Source of the DNA: Gammaproteobacteria bacterium
Lineage (GTDB): Bacteria > Pseudomonadota > Gammaproteobacteria > Poriferisulfidales > Poriferisulfidaceae
Reading direction: 5' to 3'
Assembly: GCA_026706895.1 (NCBI GenBank)
Contig: JAPOXW010000027.1
Span: forward strand, 8,373-72,372
Length of the DNA: 64,000 bases
Part shown: one piece after another, positions 50,743 to 64,000 of the stretch
How the letters are laid out: each line of letters starts with the position of its first letter
Position numbering within the stretch: position 1 is the stretch's first letter
Translations under genes and position numbers: made by a program
Notes under the pieces: model-generated
Seen by the model: only the letters and a program-made list of their open reading frames with translations
What the model was told of the DNA's origin: nothing
Databases searched by the model: none

Positions 50743-53569
50743 ATTGCCGTTCCTCGCCTTCTCCCTCTATGTTGGTGTGGCAGCGCGCGCACAGTTCCGG
50801 GTGCGCATCAATGCTGCCAACTGTCGGGTCATGGTGCCAGCAGCGGATGCACTTGGAGTGTGCGCTGGAAACGGCCGCAACATGGAGCGTACCGGCCCGG
50901 GGCATTTGATAGGTTTGAGCATCGGGTGCAGGAGTGTCGCTGAGCCGTGCGTCGGAGGTGATGAACAGAAAATGCAGTTCAGATCCGAGCCGTTCCAGCA
51001 ACCGGACCGTATCGGATTCCGCGGTCAACGTCACTTCGGCATCCAGGGCCGCCCCGATCACTTCCGCCTGACGCAGGGGTTCCAGCGTCTGGCTGACCGC
51101 CTGCCGGACTTCCAGGAGGATCTCCCAGTCATCGTCGGAAAACGTGGAAGACACGTTTCGCCATGCTTCCAGATCAAACCATTCAGTCAGGTGGACCGAA
51201 TCCTCGCGCGGTCCCGGGATATGTTCGTAAATCTCGTCGGCGGTGAACGGGCAAATCGGTGCAAGCCAGCGGCACATCGCTTCAGCCAGAAGGAACATGG
51301 CGCTCTGCGCACTGCGGCGGGCCGGGTGGCTGGCCGGGAGCGTGTAGGTGCGGTCCTTGGTCACGTCGAGATACAGGCTGCCAAGTTCAATAACACAGAA
51401 CGTGTGCAAACGTTGGCAGATCGTGTGGAACCGGTAGCGCTGAAAATCCTCGCGAATTTCCGCATCATGGACAGCGGCTTTCTTCAGGATCCACTGATCC
51501 AAGGCCAACATGTCCTCCGGTGCGCACATGTCAACGGCGGGATCAAAATCGTGCAGGCTCGCCAGCAGGTAGCGTGCAGTATTGCGGATCCGGCGATAGG
51601 TCTCCGCAGTATGTCCGAGGATTTCTTCCGACACCGCCAATTCGCCGCTGGTATCGGTGGATGCCACCCACAGGCGCAGGATGTCCGCGCCCAAGCTATC
51701 CACGATTTTCTGGGGTTCAACGATGTTCCCCCGGGATTTGGACATCTTGTGGCCGTGTGCGTCGACCACGAAACCGTGCGTCAAAACCTGCCGGTACGGC
51801 GGCGCATCGTTCAGCGCCACACCGGTCAACAGCGAAGACTGGAACCAGCCGCGATGCTGATCCGAACCTTCCAGATAAAGATCGACTTGCGTGCCCTCGC
51901 CATATTCTTCGGCCATCACGGTGCGGTGGGTGACTCCCGAATCGAACCAGACGTCCAAAGTGTCTTGCGATTTCGCATATTCGGATGCCTGGTCTCCCAG
52001 CAATTCCTCCGGTTCCAGATCAAACCACGCATCGATGCCGTCCTGCTCGATGCGGCGGGCCACCTCTACGAGCAGTGCTGGCGTGTCCGGATGCAGTTCG
52101 CCGTCGTCGTGACGCCAGAACAACGGGATGGGCGAACCCCAGTTGCGTTGCCGACTGATGCACCAGTCCGGGCGTCCCATCAACATTCCGCGGATGCGCT
52201 CCCGGCCCCAGGCCGGATACCAAGTGACCTGGTTCGTGGCGGCAAGGGCATGATCGCGCAAATCGTTCGTTTCCATATCAATGAACCACTGTGCGGCAGC
52301 ACGAAACAGCAAGGGAGTGTGATGCCGCCAGCAGTGCGGATAACTGTGCGGGTGCGAAGCCTCCGCCAGCAGCCGCCTAGACTGTCTTAATGCTTCAAGG
52401 ATGCGCGGGTTGGCCTCGGCCACGCCGAGGCTGCCGACTACCGGCGTGCCGGCACGGAAGCGTCCGTCCTCCTCCACCGGGCAGTCCACCGGCAGGCCGA
52501 ACCGGAGTCCGACCGCATGGTCTTCCGGCCCGTGCGCCGGCGCCGTATGCACGCAACCGGTGCCTTCTTCGGCAGTGACATGCTCCCCGGTGATGATCGG
52601 CACGGTCTTATCCAGAAATGGATGCCGGAGGGAAATGCCTTCCAACCGATCTCCACGAACTGAAACCCCCTCGACTGCACGGGCGCCGACTCGTTCGCAG
52701 AAAGCTTCGCGAAGAGCCGAGGCCACCAGCAACCGGCACCCTTCCCGCTCGACCAGCACATACTCAAGCCCCGGATGCAGGCATACCGCTTCGTTGGCCA
52801 GAAGAGTCCAGGGAGTAGTCGTCCAAATCACCGCCGAAGTTTTAGAATCTCCTGGTATATCAAAAGCCTGTGCCAATGCCGAATCGGCTGCATCGAAACC
52901 GACATCGATCGATGGAGAAACATGATCCTCGTATTCGACCTCGGCCTCGGCCAAGGCCGAATGGCAGTCGGCACACCAGTACACCGGCTTGTAGCCTCGC
53001 GTCAGATAACCGGACTCCAACAGCGTGCCCAGTGCCCGCACGATGCCAGCCTCGGTCTTGGGAGCCATGGTCAGGTACGGGTCGTCCCACTGCCCCAGCA
53101 CGCCCAAGCGGACGAAATCCTCGCGTTGTTCATCGACCTGCTGGGCGGCATAGTCGCGGCAGGCGGCGCGGAAGGCCCGACCGTCCGCGCAAACTTCATC
53201 CGACAGGGTCTTTTCAATCTGCAACTCGATCGGCAGACCGTGGCAATCCCAGCCCGGGAGGTACGGAGCGTCGAGACCGTCCAGACTCCGCGAACGCACC
53301 ACGATGTCCTTCAAGGTCTTGTTCACCGCATGCCCCATGTGGAGCTTGCCGTTGGCGTACGGCGGGCCGTCGTGCAGGACGAAGCGGTCTCGACCCCGCC
53401 GGGCATCTCTCAAACGCCCGTAGAGATCCAGTTCCTGCCACCGTTGCAGTCGTTCGGGTTCGCGCTTCGCGAGATTCCCGCGCATCGGGAAGTCGGTGCG
53501 CGGCAGATTCAGCGTATCGCGGTACGGGTTAGGCGGAGCCATCAGTGAAGAATTTCCGGGCGGCATCAA
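50735..53569 (-). CDS. ileS: isoleucine--tRNA ligase
   Basis: 944 aa; HMGH and KMSKS motifs; C-terminal Zn-finger cysteines. Confidence 0.95.
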   Translation of the reverse strand: MMPPGNSSLMAPPNPYRDTLNLPRTDFPMRGNLAKREPERLQRWQELDLYGRLRDARRGRDRFVLHDGPPYANGKLHMGHAVNKTLKDIVVRSRSLDGLDAPYLPGWDCHGLPIELQIEKTLSDEVCADGRAFRAACRDYAAQQVDEQREDFVRLGVLGQWDDPYLTMAPKTEAGIVRALGTLLESGYLTRGYKPVYWCADCHSALAEAEVEYEDHVSPSIDVGFDAADSALAQAFDIPGDSKTSAVIWTTTPWTLLANEAVCLHPGLEYVLVEREGCRLLVASALREAFCERVGARAVEGVSVRGDRLEGISLRHPFLDKTVPIITGEHVTAEEGTGCVHTAPAHGPEDHAVGLRFGLPVDCPVEEDGRFRAGTPVVGSLGVAEANPRILEALRQSRRLLAEASHPHSYPHCWRHHTPLLFRAAAQWFIDMETNDLRDHALAATNQVTWYPAWGRERIRGMLMGRPDWCISRQRNWGSPIPLFWRHDDGELHPDTPALLVEVARRIEQDGIDAWFDLEPEELLGDQASEYAKSQDTLDVWFDSGVTHRTVMAEEYGEGTQVDLYLEGSDQHRGWFQSSLLTGVALNDAPPYRQVLTHGFVVDAHGHKMSKSRGNIVEPQKIVDSLGADILRLWVASTDTSGELAVSEEILGHTAETYRRIRNTARYLLASLHDFDPAVDMCAPEDMLALDQWILKKAAVHDAEIREDFQRYRFHTICQRLHTFCVIELGSLYLDVTKDRTYTLPASHPARRSAQSAMFLLAEAMCRWLAPICPFTADEIYEHIPGPREDSVHLTEWFDLEAWRNVSSTFSDDDWEILLEVRQAVSQTLEPLRQAEVIGAALDAEVTLTAESDTVRLLERLGSELHFLFITSDARLSDTPAPDAQTYQMPRAGTLHVAAVSSAHSKCIRCWHHDPTVGSIDAHPELCARCHTNIEGEGEERQYV

Positions 53570-54455
53570 TATCGTGGCCGATCTGTTCGCGCAGGCGGTC
53601 GACCGAGTCGAAACGCTGCTCGGCGCGCAGACGCTGGTGAAAGCGCACGGTCATGCGCTGACCGTACAGATCGTCGGCAAAGTCTAACAGGTGGACCTCG
53701 ATCAGCAAGCGCGTGCCGTCCACGGTCGGCCGGGTCCCCACGTTGGCGACGCCTTGGCAAAGACGGTCGCCCAATCGGCAGGTCACCGTGAAGACGCCCC
53801 GCACCGGCGGGTTATGCGGAAAATCAAGGTTGGCGGTCGGGAAACCAAGTTCGCGACCGCGCCGATCCCCCTCGATCACTTCGGCATCAATCTCGAACGG
53901 GTGCCCGAGCAGGCGTTCCGCGACCGGGATGTCGCCATCGGCCAAGACCATGCGAATCCGGGTGCTGCTCACCCGGCTCCCGTCCAGTTCGAAGACGGGC
54001 GCAGCCTCAAGGTCGAAGCCGCAGGCCGAGGATTCGGTCTCGAGCAGTGCGAAATCACCGGCACGGTCGCGACCGAAGCGGAAATCCTCGCCCGCCGTGA
54101 GATAGTGCATGCCGAGACGGCCGATCAGCAGGTCCCGCACGAATTCCCGCGCCCCGATGGCGGCGGTCTGCGCGTTGAACGGAAGTGCAACGAAGTGGTC
54201 GAGCCTGGGGAACAGTTGTTCGGTGAACCGTTTCTTGTCGGCCAGCGAACCGATCCGCGGCGCGTTTTCCATGCCCCTGAAGAATTCCTGCGGCAAGGGC
54301 TCCAAGGTCAGCAGCATGGATTCTAGCCCGCGGGCAGTAGCGGCATCCAAGAGCCGCTCCAGCACCGATTGGTGCCCCCGGTGCAGTCCGTCATAGCTGC
54401 CGACCGTGATCGCGTAGGGCCGGCGGGTCGGCAACACGCCTTCCAGTTCCGGCAT
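53529..54455 (-). CDS. ribF: bifunctional riboflavin kinase/FAD synthetase
   Basis: [14 protein letters not shown] motif 20 aa after ATG at 54455; 308 aa; the longer 538-aa ORF is an out-of-frame overlap artefact. Confidence 0.9.
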   Translation of the reverse strand: MPELEGVLPTRRPYAITVGSYDGLHRGHQSVLERLLDAATARGLESMLLTLEPLPQEFFRGMENAPRIGSLADKKRFTEQLFPRLDHFVALPFNAQTAAIGAREFVRDLLIGRLGMHYLTAGEDFRFGRDRAGDFALLETESSACGFDLEAAPVFELDGSRVSSTRIRMVLADGDIPVAERLLGHPFEIDAEVIEGDRRGRELGFPTANLDFPHNPPVRGVFTVTCRLGDRLCQGVANVGTRPTVDGTRLLIEVHLLDFADDLYGQRMTVRFHQRLRAEQRFDSVDRLREQIGHDIDAARKFFTDGSA

Positions 54456-54493
54456 CCATGCCTGCGCATCGGCAGGGGGTTCGGCGGAGGCGT

Positions 54494-56098
54494 TCACGCA
54501 GCAGCTTTCCCGGTCAGGGATTGAATGCGGAAGTCGCGGATGCGGGTGCCTAAGACCCACAGCACGGCTGCGTAGACGACTGCGCCCAGAATGACCAGTT
54601 CGACCAGTTGAAGCAGGCGACCGGCAAATTCGAGGCGGGTCCACTCGAGAGTCTCCGGGATGAGCGGCCACAGCACGGCCACCATGGCCACGCAGGACAG
54701 GCTGACCCGGACCAGCAAAACCATCGTTGCCCGGTTGCCAAAGTAAAAGCTTTGGGCACGCAGTTTCCAATACAGGAGCCCGGCGTTCAGGTAGGCCGCG
54801 ATGGCGGTCGCAAGCGCCAAGGCAACGTGCGGGCCCTCCAGGTCCGCAGTGAACCAGACCAGCAAGCCAATGCCGGTCAATGCCATGTTGGCCAGCATCG
54901 CGATTACGCCAATTCGCACCGGGGTGCGGGTATCCTGGTGGGCGAAGAATCCGGGTGCGAACACCTTGACCAGGATGAACGCAGGCAGGCCCAGTGCGAA
55001 CGCGGTCAGCGCGAGCCCGGCCATGCGGGTGTCGAACATCGAGAATTCCCGGTATTGCAACAGCGTCGCCAGAATCGGCTCGGCCAGCAACGCCAAGCCG
55101 ACGGCGGACGGCAGCGCGACGGTCAGCCCGACCCGGACCCCCCACTCGAGCCCGGCCTGGAACCCTTCCCCGTCACTTCGGGCGCTACACTCGGACAGCC
55201 GGGGCAACAGGACCGTGGCCGTGGAAATCCCGAACAGCGCCAGCGGCAATTCCACGAACCGGTCCGACAGATACAGCCAACTGATGCTGCCGATTGCCAG
55301 GAAGGAAGCCACCAGGGTGTCGAACAGCAGGTTGATCTGAACCACCGAGGAACCGAACAGAGCCGGCAGCATCAGCTTGGCAATGCGCCGGAAACCGGGG
55401 TGATGCCAATCCAGCCGGGGCCGCGGCAACAGCCCCTGCCGATGCAGCCAGGGCAACTGGATCGCCAGCTGCAGGACGCCGGCCCCGAAGACCCCCCAGG
55501 CCAGCGCGTACACCGGCTGCTCAAGTCTCGGCGCGAGCCACAACACGGCCGCGATCAGCGACAGGTTGAGCAGTGCCGGCGTGATCGCGGGCAAGGCGAA
55601 GCGCCCAAGCGCGTTGAACATGCTCCCCGCCATGGCGGTCAGCGAAATAAACAGGACGTAAGGAAAAGTAATGCGAAGCAGGTCACCGGCAACGTCAGCA
55701 CGCGGGTCGCCGTCCATCGCGAAGCCCGGCGCGAAGATCATGATCAGCAGGGGTGCCGCGAGGATGCCGAGCGCGGTGATGAGGAGCAGCACTGTCGCCA
55801 GTGCACCGGCCGTGGCATCGATGAGGGAATTGAGCTGCTGTGGCTTCTGTTCGCGGTATTCCACAAACACCGGCACGAACGCCTGCGAAAACGCACCTTC
55901 GGCGGACAGGCGACGCAGGAAATTCGGGATGCGGAACGCGACGAAAAACGCATCCAGCGCACCGTGCGCATTGCTGATGAAGATGAACACCACCGCGTCG
56001 CGGGCATAGCCCAACAAGCGGGAAAGCGAAGTCATAAACGCCGTGGTGGCCAAGGAGCGAAAGAGCCGGATCATGGGAAAGGCGGCCAAACGGCGCAA
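54494..56098 (-). CDS. murJ: lipid II flippase MurJ
   Basis: SRLLGYARDAVV...AFRIPNFLRRL...EGAFSQAFVP canonical MurJ N-terminus. Confidence 0.85.
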   Translation of the reverse strand: MRRLAAFPMIRLFRSLATTAFMTSLSRLLGYARDAVVFIFISNAHGALDAFFVAFRIPNFLRRLSAEGAFSQAFVPVFVEYREQKPQQLNSLIDATAGALATVLLLITALGILAAPLLIMIFAPGFAMDGDPRADVAGDLLRITFPYVLFISLTAMAGSMFNALGRFALPAITPALLNLSLIAAVLWLAPRLEQPVYALAWGVFGAGVLQLAIQLPWLHRQGLLPRPRLDWHHPGFRRIAKLMLPALFGSSVVQINLLFDTLVASFLAIGSISWLYLSDRFVELPLALFGISTATVLLPRLSECSARSDGEGFQAGLEWGVRVGLTVALPSAVGLALLAEPILATLLQYREFSMFDTRMAGLALTAFALGLPAFILVKVFAPGFFAHQDTRTPVRIGVIAMLANMALTGIGLLVWFTADLEGPHVALALATAIAAYLNAGLLYWKLRAQSFYFGNRATMVLLVRVSLSCVAMVAVLWPLIPETLEWTRLEFAGRLLQLVELVILGAVVYAAVLWVLGTRIRDFRIQSLTGKAAA

Positions 56099-56302
56099 GT
56101 AGAATCAAACTATTATATGGAGCATAGGCTAAAAAGCCGGGAAATCGGCGACCAAGCACCTGTGTTCACCCCCCGACGTGGGGCTCTCCTTGCCATGGCC
56201 CCTGATCCACCAGACTTAATCTTCAGAAACCGGTTTTTCTCGCGCTTGCCCAGTCTCGTTCAAGACCCGGCCATGGCTTTATTCATCAGTAGGTGATTGT
56301 TT

Positions 56303-57268
56303 TTATTTGCCGTCTTTCGGAACGATCCAGACGGCGTCATAGCCGAGACCCTTCAACTTCGCCTTTGCGTCCTCCACGCTCTGCTCCGAGGCCAATCTCA
56401 TCTTCAGGCGGTGCCACAGCGTGCCATCGTGGTGAAATTCCTCCAGGAACACGTCATGGCCGAGATCCCGAAGCCGCGCAAGCTCCTTCTCCGCCTTTCC
56501 CTTGTCCTTGACGGACAGGATTTGAAGCACGGGCTCGGGAGAAGCCGGGCTGGAAGCCGTCTCGGGCTTCTCGGGGGCCGACTCCTGCTTCTCGTCTGAT
56601 ACAACACGGTCCTGAGGGTCTGCCAAAGCTTCAGAAGATTCCAGATCCTGGCCATCCCGAACTTCCTGCTTCGAAGAAAGCTCGATGGCAGGAGTCTGCT
56701 GCTTGGCGACATCCGCCGGCTTCGGCGTCACCGGTTCGGCTCCCTCGCTTTCCCACGCCTGGGGAAGATCAAGCATCCGCACCGTTTTCTTTTCACCCTC
56801 GAACGGCGGAGGCTCGGGCGGAGTTGTCGATTCCAGATCCGGTTCGAAATCCAGTTCCTTAGACCACCGAAGACCTTCTTCGCCCTCGGAGTCCGATATG
56901 CCTTCTTCCGGCGCCCCCTGACTCGCAGTCGTGACGCGCACCACCTTCTTCTCCTGATCAAGAGCCGTCGAGAATGTGCCTTTGTACGGCGCGAAGATTT
57001 TCGACAGGGCCACATCCAGCGACGGATTGGCCACATCGAAGGGACGAATAATGATGCGGTCCTCGTCGGAAACCCATTCAAGGGACCATCCGTGGGAATG
57101 GACCAGCGCCCGTACGTTCTCGGAAAGATGCCCGATCTCGACTTTGAATGTCGCGCCGCCCTCATTCGCCATCGCGTTCATGCCGATAAGCAAATTCCCG
57201 GCCAGCACAAAGCCCGGCAGAAGGCCAACCGCCTGTTGCCACATTCTCCGGGATTTCGGGGCTTTCAT
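56303..57268 (-). CDS. SPOR domain protein with TcpQ-like N-terminal domain and acidic/Pro-rich linker
   Basis: C-terminal LQILSVKDKGKAEKELARLRDLGHDVFLEE...GLGYDAVWIV SPOR pattern. Confidence 0.55.
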   Translation of the reverse strand: MKAPKSRRMWQQAVGLLPGFVLAGNLLIGMNAMANEGGATFKVEIGHLSENVRALVHSHGWSLEWVSDEDRIIIRPFDVANPSLDVALSKIFAPYKGTFSTALDQEKKVVRVTTASQGAPEEGISDSEGEEGLRWSKELDFEPDLESTTPPEPPPFEGEKKTVRMLDLPQAWESEGAEPVTPKPADVAKQQTPAIELSSKQEVRDGQDLESSEALADPQDRVVSDEKQESAPEKPETASSPASPEPVLQILSVKDKGKAEKELARLRDLGHDVFLEEFHHDGTLWHRLKMRLASEQSVEDAKAKLKGLGYDAVWIVPKDGK

Positions 57269-57470
57269 CGGGCTGGGGGCATTGTACAGGCTAAGTCCCG
57301 GGACTTCGGAAAAATTATTCCGGCAAGATTATGAGATCCGGCGGCTTCAGGCTCAAAGAACGTGCCTGAAACCCCTCTCCCGCCATGCCCGATTCCGGGC
57401 GCAACGGCGCATGGCTATGCTAAAATTTAAAAGTCCGACATCTAGGTGTCGCAGATAAGGGTGCTGATCT

Positions 57471-57830
57471 GTGATGGCGGCATTGCCGGTCGGCCGGATC
57501 CTTGCCGCGCAGCTGCTGATAACCCTGCTCTGTATGGCAGGGGTTTTTTATGACTGGAACCTCGGTCTTTCGGCAGCAGCAGGAGGGGCGCTGTGTCTGT
57601 TTCCCAATGCGTTGGCGGCCTGGAGCCTGTTTCGGAAGGACCGGGCGCGGGGGATTCGGGATGAACAACGACGGATGCATCGCGCCTGGGCGATCCGCTG
57701 GCTTGGCACGTTGCTCGGCCTGGGATTGATCTTCGGGTTCTACCGCGAGGTTCAGCCTTTGGCCCTGTTTGCGGCATATGCGGCGGCCCAGGCAACGCAC
57801 CTGATCGGGCATTTGTCATTTAAAAACTGA
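57471..57830 (+). CDS. atpI: ATP synthase protein I
   Basis: 119 aa hydrophobic protein immediately upstream of atpB. Confidence 0.7.
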   Translation: MMAALPVGRILAAQLLITLLCMAGVFYDWNLGLSAAAGGALCLFPNALAAWSLFRKDRARGIRDEQRRMHRAWAIRWLGTLLGLGLIFGFYREVQPLALFAAYAAAQATHLIGHLSFKN

Positions 57831-57841
57831 CGACGAACTAA

Positions 57842-58708
<867 letters not shown>

Positions 58709-58713
58709 CCTGA

Positions 58714-58986
<273 letters not shown>

Positions 58987-59005
58987 TCCGCGGGGAGACC
59001 TCCCG

Positions 59006-59476
59006 ATGAGCATCAACCTTACGCTGATCGGACAGGCGATTTCGTTCACGATCTTCGTCTGGTTCTGCATGCGGTTCATCTGGCCGCCCGTGATCAACGC
59101 GCTGGAGGCCCGCAAGAAACGCATCGCCGACGGGCTGGCGGACGCGGACGCGGCCAAGACCGAGCGCGAGCGAGCCGAGCAGGAAGCGCAGCAGACCACC
59201 GGGCAGGCCCGGGAAGAAGCGTCCCGAATCCTCGCCCAGGCGGAACGCCGGGCCGGCGAGATCGTGGCGGAAGCCCGGACTACGGCCAAGACCGAAGGCG
59301 AACGCATCCTCACCCAGGCCCAGGAGGAAATCGACAAGAACACCCAGCAGGTGCGTGAGCAACTGCGCGGTGAGGTCGCGGCCCTGGCCGTCGCCGGTGC
59401 CGAAGCGGTGCTGCGACGTGAAGTCGATGCCAAGGCCCACGCCGAGGCCCTGGATCAGTTGGCGGAGCGCCTGTGA
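59006..59476 (+). CDS. atpF: F0F1 ATP synthase subunit b
   Basis: [28 protein letters not shown]; GGGGAG RBS; ORF-track 5' extension from TTG rejected. Confidence 0.9.
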   Translation: MSINLTLIGQAISFTIFVWFCMRFIWPPVINALEARKKRIADGLADADAAKTERERAEQEAQQTTGQAREEASRILAQAERRAGEIVAEARTTAKTEGERILTQAQEEIDKNTQQVREQLRGEVAALAVAGAEAVLRREVDAKAHAEALDQLAERL

Positions 59477-60003
59477 GCAACGTCACTGCCGCACGTCCCT
59501 ATGCCCGCGCCGCGTTCGGTTACGCGCGCGAAAGCGGCGTGCTGGACGCGTTTTCGGACATGCTGGAGACGGCTGCAGCGCTGGTCGAAAGCCCGCGTTT
59601 GCGTGCCCTGCTGGGGGATCCCCATTTGAGCCGCGCGCGTCGCGCCGAAATGCTGGAAACAATTGGCGGAGACCGCTTCGACGAATCGATGCGGCAACTT
59701 CTCCGGGTGCTCGGAGAGCGCGACCGGCTTCCGATCCTGCCCGAAGTCCGAGAGCAATTCGAGGAATTGCGGGCCGAACATGAACAACGCCTGACCGCCG
59801 AGGTGGTCAGCGCCCGGGAGCTCGACCCGGCTCAGCAGGAACGCATCCGTGCGGCCCTGACTGAGCGGACCGGGCAAACCGTGGAACTGGTTTCGAAAAT
59901 TGATGAACAATTGCTGGGCGGTGCGGTGGTCCGCGCCGGCGACCGGGTGCTGGACGCCTCGCTCCAGAGGCGCCTGCAGCAGCTTGCGCAAAGCCTGGCC
60001 TGA
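59473..60003 (+). CDS. atpH: F0F1 ATP synthase subunit delta
   Basis: [10 protein letters not shown]-terminus, 176 aa. Confidence 0.9.
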   Translation: MSNVTAARPYARAAFGYARESGVLDAFSDMLETAAALVESPRLRALLGDPHLSRARRAEMLETIGGDRFDESMRQLLRVLGERDRLPILPEVREQFEELRAEHEQRLTAEVVSARELDPAQQERIRAALTERTGQTVELVSKIDEQLLGGAVVRAGDRVLDASLQRRLQQLAQSLA

Positions 60004-60026
60004 CCCCCTGACTGGAGTAGAACCGA

Positions 60027-61571
60027 ATGTCTGCCTTGAATCCGACTGAAATCTCAGACCTGATCAAACAACGAATCGCCGAATTCGATGTTGCGCCGCA
60101 GGCGGCCAGCGAAGGCACCGTGGTCATGGTGACCGACGGCATCGTGCGCATCCACGGCCTCCGCGACGTGATGTCCGGCGAAATGATCGCGCTGCCAGGC
60201 GACAGTTACGCCATTGCGCTCAACCTGGAACGCGACTCGGTCGGCGCGGTGGTGCTCGGCGATTACCGTCACATCCGCGAAGGCGACACGGCCCGATGCA
60301 CCGGACGCATCCTGGAAGTCCCGGTCGGCAAGGGCCTACTCGGGCGGGTCGTCAACTCACTCGGCGAACCGATTGACGGCAAGGGAGACCTGAACCTGGA
60401 GACCCGCTCCCCCATCGAGAAGATCGCCCCCGGCGTAATCGAACGCCAGTCCGTCAGCCAGCCCGTGCAGACCGGCCTGAAGTCCATCGACGCGATGGTC
60501 CCGGTCGGCCGCGGCCAGCGCGAACTGATCATCGGCGACCGCCAGACCGGGAAGACCGCGCTGGCCATCGACACGATCATCAACCAGAAAGGGGCCGATC
60601 TCATCTGCATCTACGTCGCGATCGGCCAGAAGGCCTCCTCGATCGCGGGTGTCGTGCGCAAACTCGAGGAACACGGGGCCATGGAGCACACCATCGTGGT
60701 GGCGGCCTCGGCCTCGGAATCGGCTGCGATGCAGTACATCGCGCCTTATGCCGGCTGCGCGATGGGCGAGTACTTCCGCGACCGCGGCGAAGACGCGCTG
60801 ATCATCTACGACGACCTGACCAAGCAGGCCTGGGCCTACCGCCAAGTTTCGCTTCTGCTTCGCCGCCCGCCGGGCCGCGAGGCGTATCCCGGAGACGTGT
60901 TCTACCTGCACTCGCGCCTGCTGGAGCGGGCGTCCCGCGTCAACGCCGACTACGTGGAGCAGGTGACCAACGGGGAGGTCAAGGGCCGCACCGGCAGCCT
61001 GACCGCCCTTCCGGTCATCGAAACCCAGGCCGGAGACGTCTCGGCGTTCGTGCCGACCAACGTGATCTCCATCACCGACGGCCAGATCTTCCTGGAGACG
61101 GACCTGTTCAACGCCGGCTTCCGCCCGGCGATCAACGCCGGCCTGTCGGTGTCCCGGGTCGGCGGCGCCGCCCAGACCCAGTTGGTCAAGAAACTAGGCG
61201 GAGGCGTTCGCCTAGCCCTCGCGCAGTATCGCGAGTTGGCCGCATTCTCGCAGTTCGCCTCGGACCTTGACGAACAGACCCGCAAACAGCTGGAGCGCGG
61301 CGAGCGCGTGATGGAACTGATGAAACAGCCCCAGTACAAGCCGCTGACCGTCGCCGAGATGGCCCTGTCGCTGTACGCGGTCAACGAGGGTTGGCTGGAC
61401 GAGGTGGAAGTCGAGAAGGTTCGGGCCTTCGAGGCGGCCCTTCACGGCTACGCCAAATCCGAACACGCCGATTTCCTGGATCAGTTGAACGAGACCGGCG
61501 ACTACAACGAGGAAATCCAAGGCCGGTTCAAAGACATCCTCGAAACTTTCGTCAAAACCCAGAGCTGGTAA
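60027..61571 (+). CDS. atpA: F0F1 ATP synthase subunit alpha
   Basis: GDRQTGKT P-loop. Confidence 0.95.
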   Translation: MSALNPTEISDLIKQRIAEFDVAPQAASEGTVVMVTDGIVRIHGLRDVMSGEMIALPGDSYAIALNLERDSVGAVVLGDYRHIREGDTARCTGRILEVPVGKGLLGRVVNSLGEPIDGKGDLNLETRSPIEKIAPGVIERQSVSQPVQTGLKSIDAMVPVGRGQRELIIGDRQTGKTALAIDTIINQKGADLICIYVAIGQKASSIAGVVRKLEEHGAMEHTIVVAASASESAAMQYIAPYAGCAMGEYFRDRGEDALIIYDDLTKQAWAYRQVSLLLRRPPGREAYPGDVFYLHSRLLERASRVNADYVEQVTNGEVKGRTGSLTALPVIETQAGDVSAFVPTNVISITDGQIFLETDLFNAGFRPAINAGLSVSRVGGAAQTQLVKKLGGGVRLALAQYRELAAFSQFASDLDEQTRKQLERGERVMELMKQPQYKPLTVAEMALSLYAVNEGWLDEVEVEKVRAFEAALHGYAKSEHADFLDQLNETGDYNEEIQGRFKDILETFVKTQSW

Positions 61572-61578
61572 TACGCAA

Positions 61579-62445
61579 ATGGCGGGCGAGAAGGAAATTC
61601 GCAGCAAGATCGCGAGTATTCGCAATACTCAGAAGATCACCAAGGCGATGGAAATGGTCGCGGCCAGCAAGATGCGCAAGGCCCAGGACCGCATGGCCGC
61701 CACCCGCCCGTATGCGATGAAGATTCGCGAAGTGATCGGCCATCTGGCTCATGCCAGCGCTGAATACCGCCATCCGTTCCTCGAGGGTCGCGAAGAAGTG
61801 CGCGGTGTGGGCTTTATCGTGGTTTCCACGGACCGCGGCCTGTGCGGCGGACTCAACATCAACCTGTTCAAGACCGTCCTGCGGGAAATGCACGAATGGC
61901 GACAACAGCAGGTGCCGGTTCGGCTTTGCCTGTTCGGCGCCAAGGGCACCGCGTTCTTCAAGCGCATCGGCGGCATCGAGATCGTCGCGCAAACTTCGCA
62001 CCTGGGCGACGCACCGAGGCTCGAAGAAGTCATCGGGCAGGTCAAGATCATGCTGGACGACTATATCGAGGGGCGCATCGACCGGGTCTACCTGGCCGAG
62101 AACGAGTTCGTCAATACCATGACGCAGAGGCCGAATATCTCGACGCTGCTTCCGACCCCTCCGGCCGAACTGGAAGCACTCGAACACCATTGGGATTACA
62201 TCTACGAGCCCGGCGCACCCGAAGTGCTGGACGGGCTGCTGATGCGCTACATCGAGTCGCTGGTGTACCGCGGCGTGATGGAGAACATCGCCTGCGAGAT
62301 GGCTGCACGCATGGTGGCGATGAAGAGCGCCTCAGACAATGCCGGAAGCCTGATCGACGAGTTGCAGCTGATCTACAACAAGGCGCGACAGGCGTCGATC
62401 ACCCAGGAAATCTCGGAAATCGTCGGCGGAGCCGCTGCCGTATAA
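61579..62445 (+). CDS. atpG: F0F1 ATP synthase subunit gamma
   Basis: [36 protein letters not shown]. Confidence 0.95.
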   Translation: MAGEKEIRSKIASIRNTQKITKAMEMVAASKMRKAQDRMAATRPYAMKIREVIGHLAHASAEYRHPFLEGREEVRGVGFIVVSTDRGLCGGLNINLFKTVLREMHEWRQQQVPVRLCLFGAKGTAFFKRIGGIEIVAQTSHLGDAPRLEEVIGQVKIMLDDYIEGRIDRVYLAENEFVNTMTQRPNISTLLPTPPAELEALEHHWDYIYEPGAPEVLDGLLMRYIESLVYRGVMENIACEMAARMVAMKSASDNAGSLIDELQLIYNKARQASITQEISEIVGGAAAV

Positions 62446-63858
<1,413 letters not shown>

Positions 63859-63866
63859 GCCGGACA

Positions 63867-64000
63867 TGAGCACCCTGCGAGTCGAGATCGTCAGCGCCGA
63901 GCACGAAATCTATTCGGGCGAGGCCCATTGGGTGGTGGCACCGGCCGCCATGGGCGAAGTCGGCATTTATCCCAAGCACACACCGCTCATCACCCACCTC
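63867..64000 (+). CDS. atpC: F0F1 ATP synthase subunit epsilon (5' part, continues beyond window)
   Basis: [20 protein letters not shown]... Confidence 0.85.

Noticed and set aside
50744-52390. 548-aa plus-strand ORF
   Set aside because: It is antisense to ileS, and ileS has unambiguous class I synthetase motifs.
53529-55145. 538-aa ORF extending ribF far upstream
   Set aside because: The extension runs through murJ in another frame and is Arg/Pro/Gly-rich. ATG at 54455 gives a canonical 308-aa RibF with its motif near the N-terminus.
54608-56296. 562-aa plus-strand ORF
   Set aside because: It is antisense to murJ and has a highly biased composition (R, G, Q, H rich). It is a typical high-GC antisense artefact.

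Overview
High-GC (about 63-65% by eye) gammaproteobacterial-type chromosomal window, almost entirely coding. The backbone is conserved housekeeping genes: plsC(partial)-gmhB, glyQS, dgt-like, aroB / aroK, mrcA, hemE, gltD, rpsU, tsaD, rpiA, cca, uppP, folB-folK, tRNA-Leu(CAG), phhB, a Tup-like ABC transporter, a PotABCD-like ABC transporter, cysG, bcp, lspA-ileS-ribF, murJ and atpIBEFHAGD(C). This backbone is interrupted by several small, visibly lower-GC accessory islets. (1) aroK and aroB are split by a ~3.8 kb insert carrying a GmrSD-like DUF262/DUF1524 nuclease, a retropepsin-like aspartic protease with an overlapping small ORF under a near-consensus promoter, and a cyclophilin-like/cupin pair. 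(2) An orphan beta-class DNA methyltransferase sits between rpsU and tsaD. (3) A vapBC module, small hypotheticals and a DUF971-MoaD-like fusion sit next to chrA. (4) An AbiL/RloA-RloB-like two-gene defence module (AAA_21 ATPase + RloB/TOPRIM-like) with an upstream inverted-repeat operator and an orphan HigA-like HTH lies between the Tup-like and Pot-like ABC loci. (5) A relBE pair has a consensus promoter. Three DNA-level paralogous PotF-like substrate-binding protein genes flank a group II PLP decarboxylase and an aldehyde dehydrogenase, suggesting an amine uptake/catabolism locus. No rRNA, CRISPR array or transposase was seen. All family assignments come from motif recognition by eye on the translated ORFs; no database search was run.
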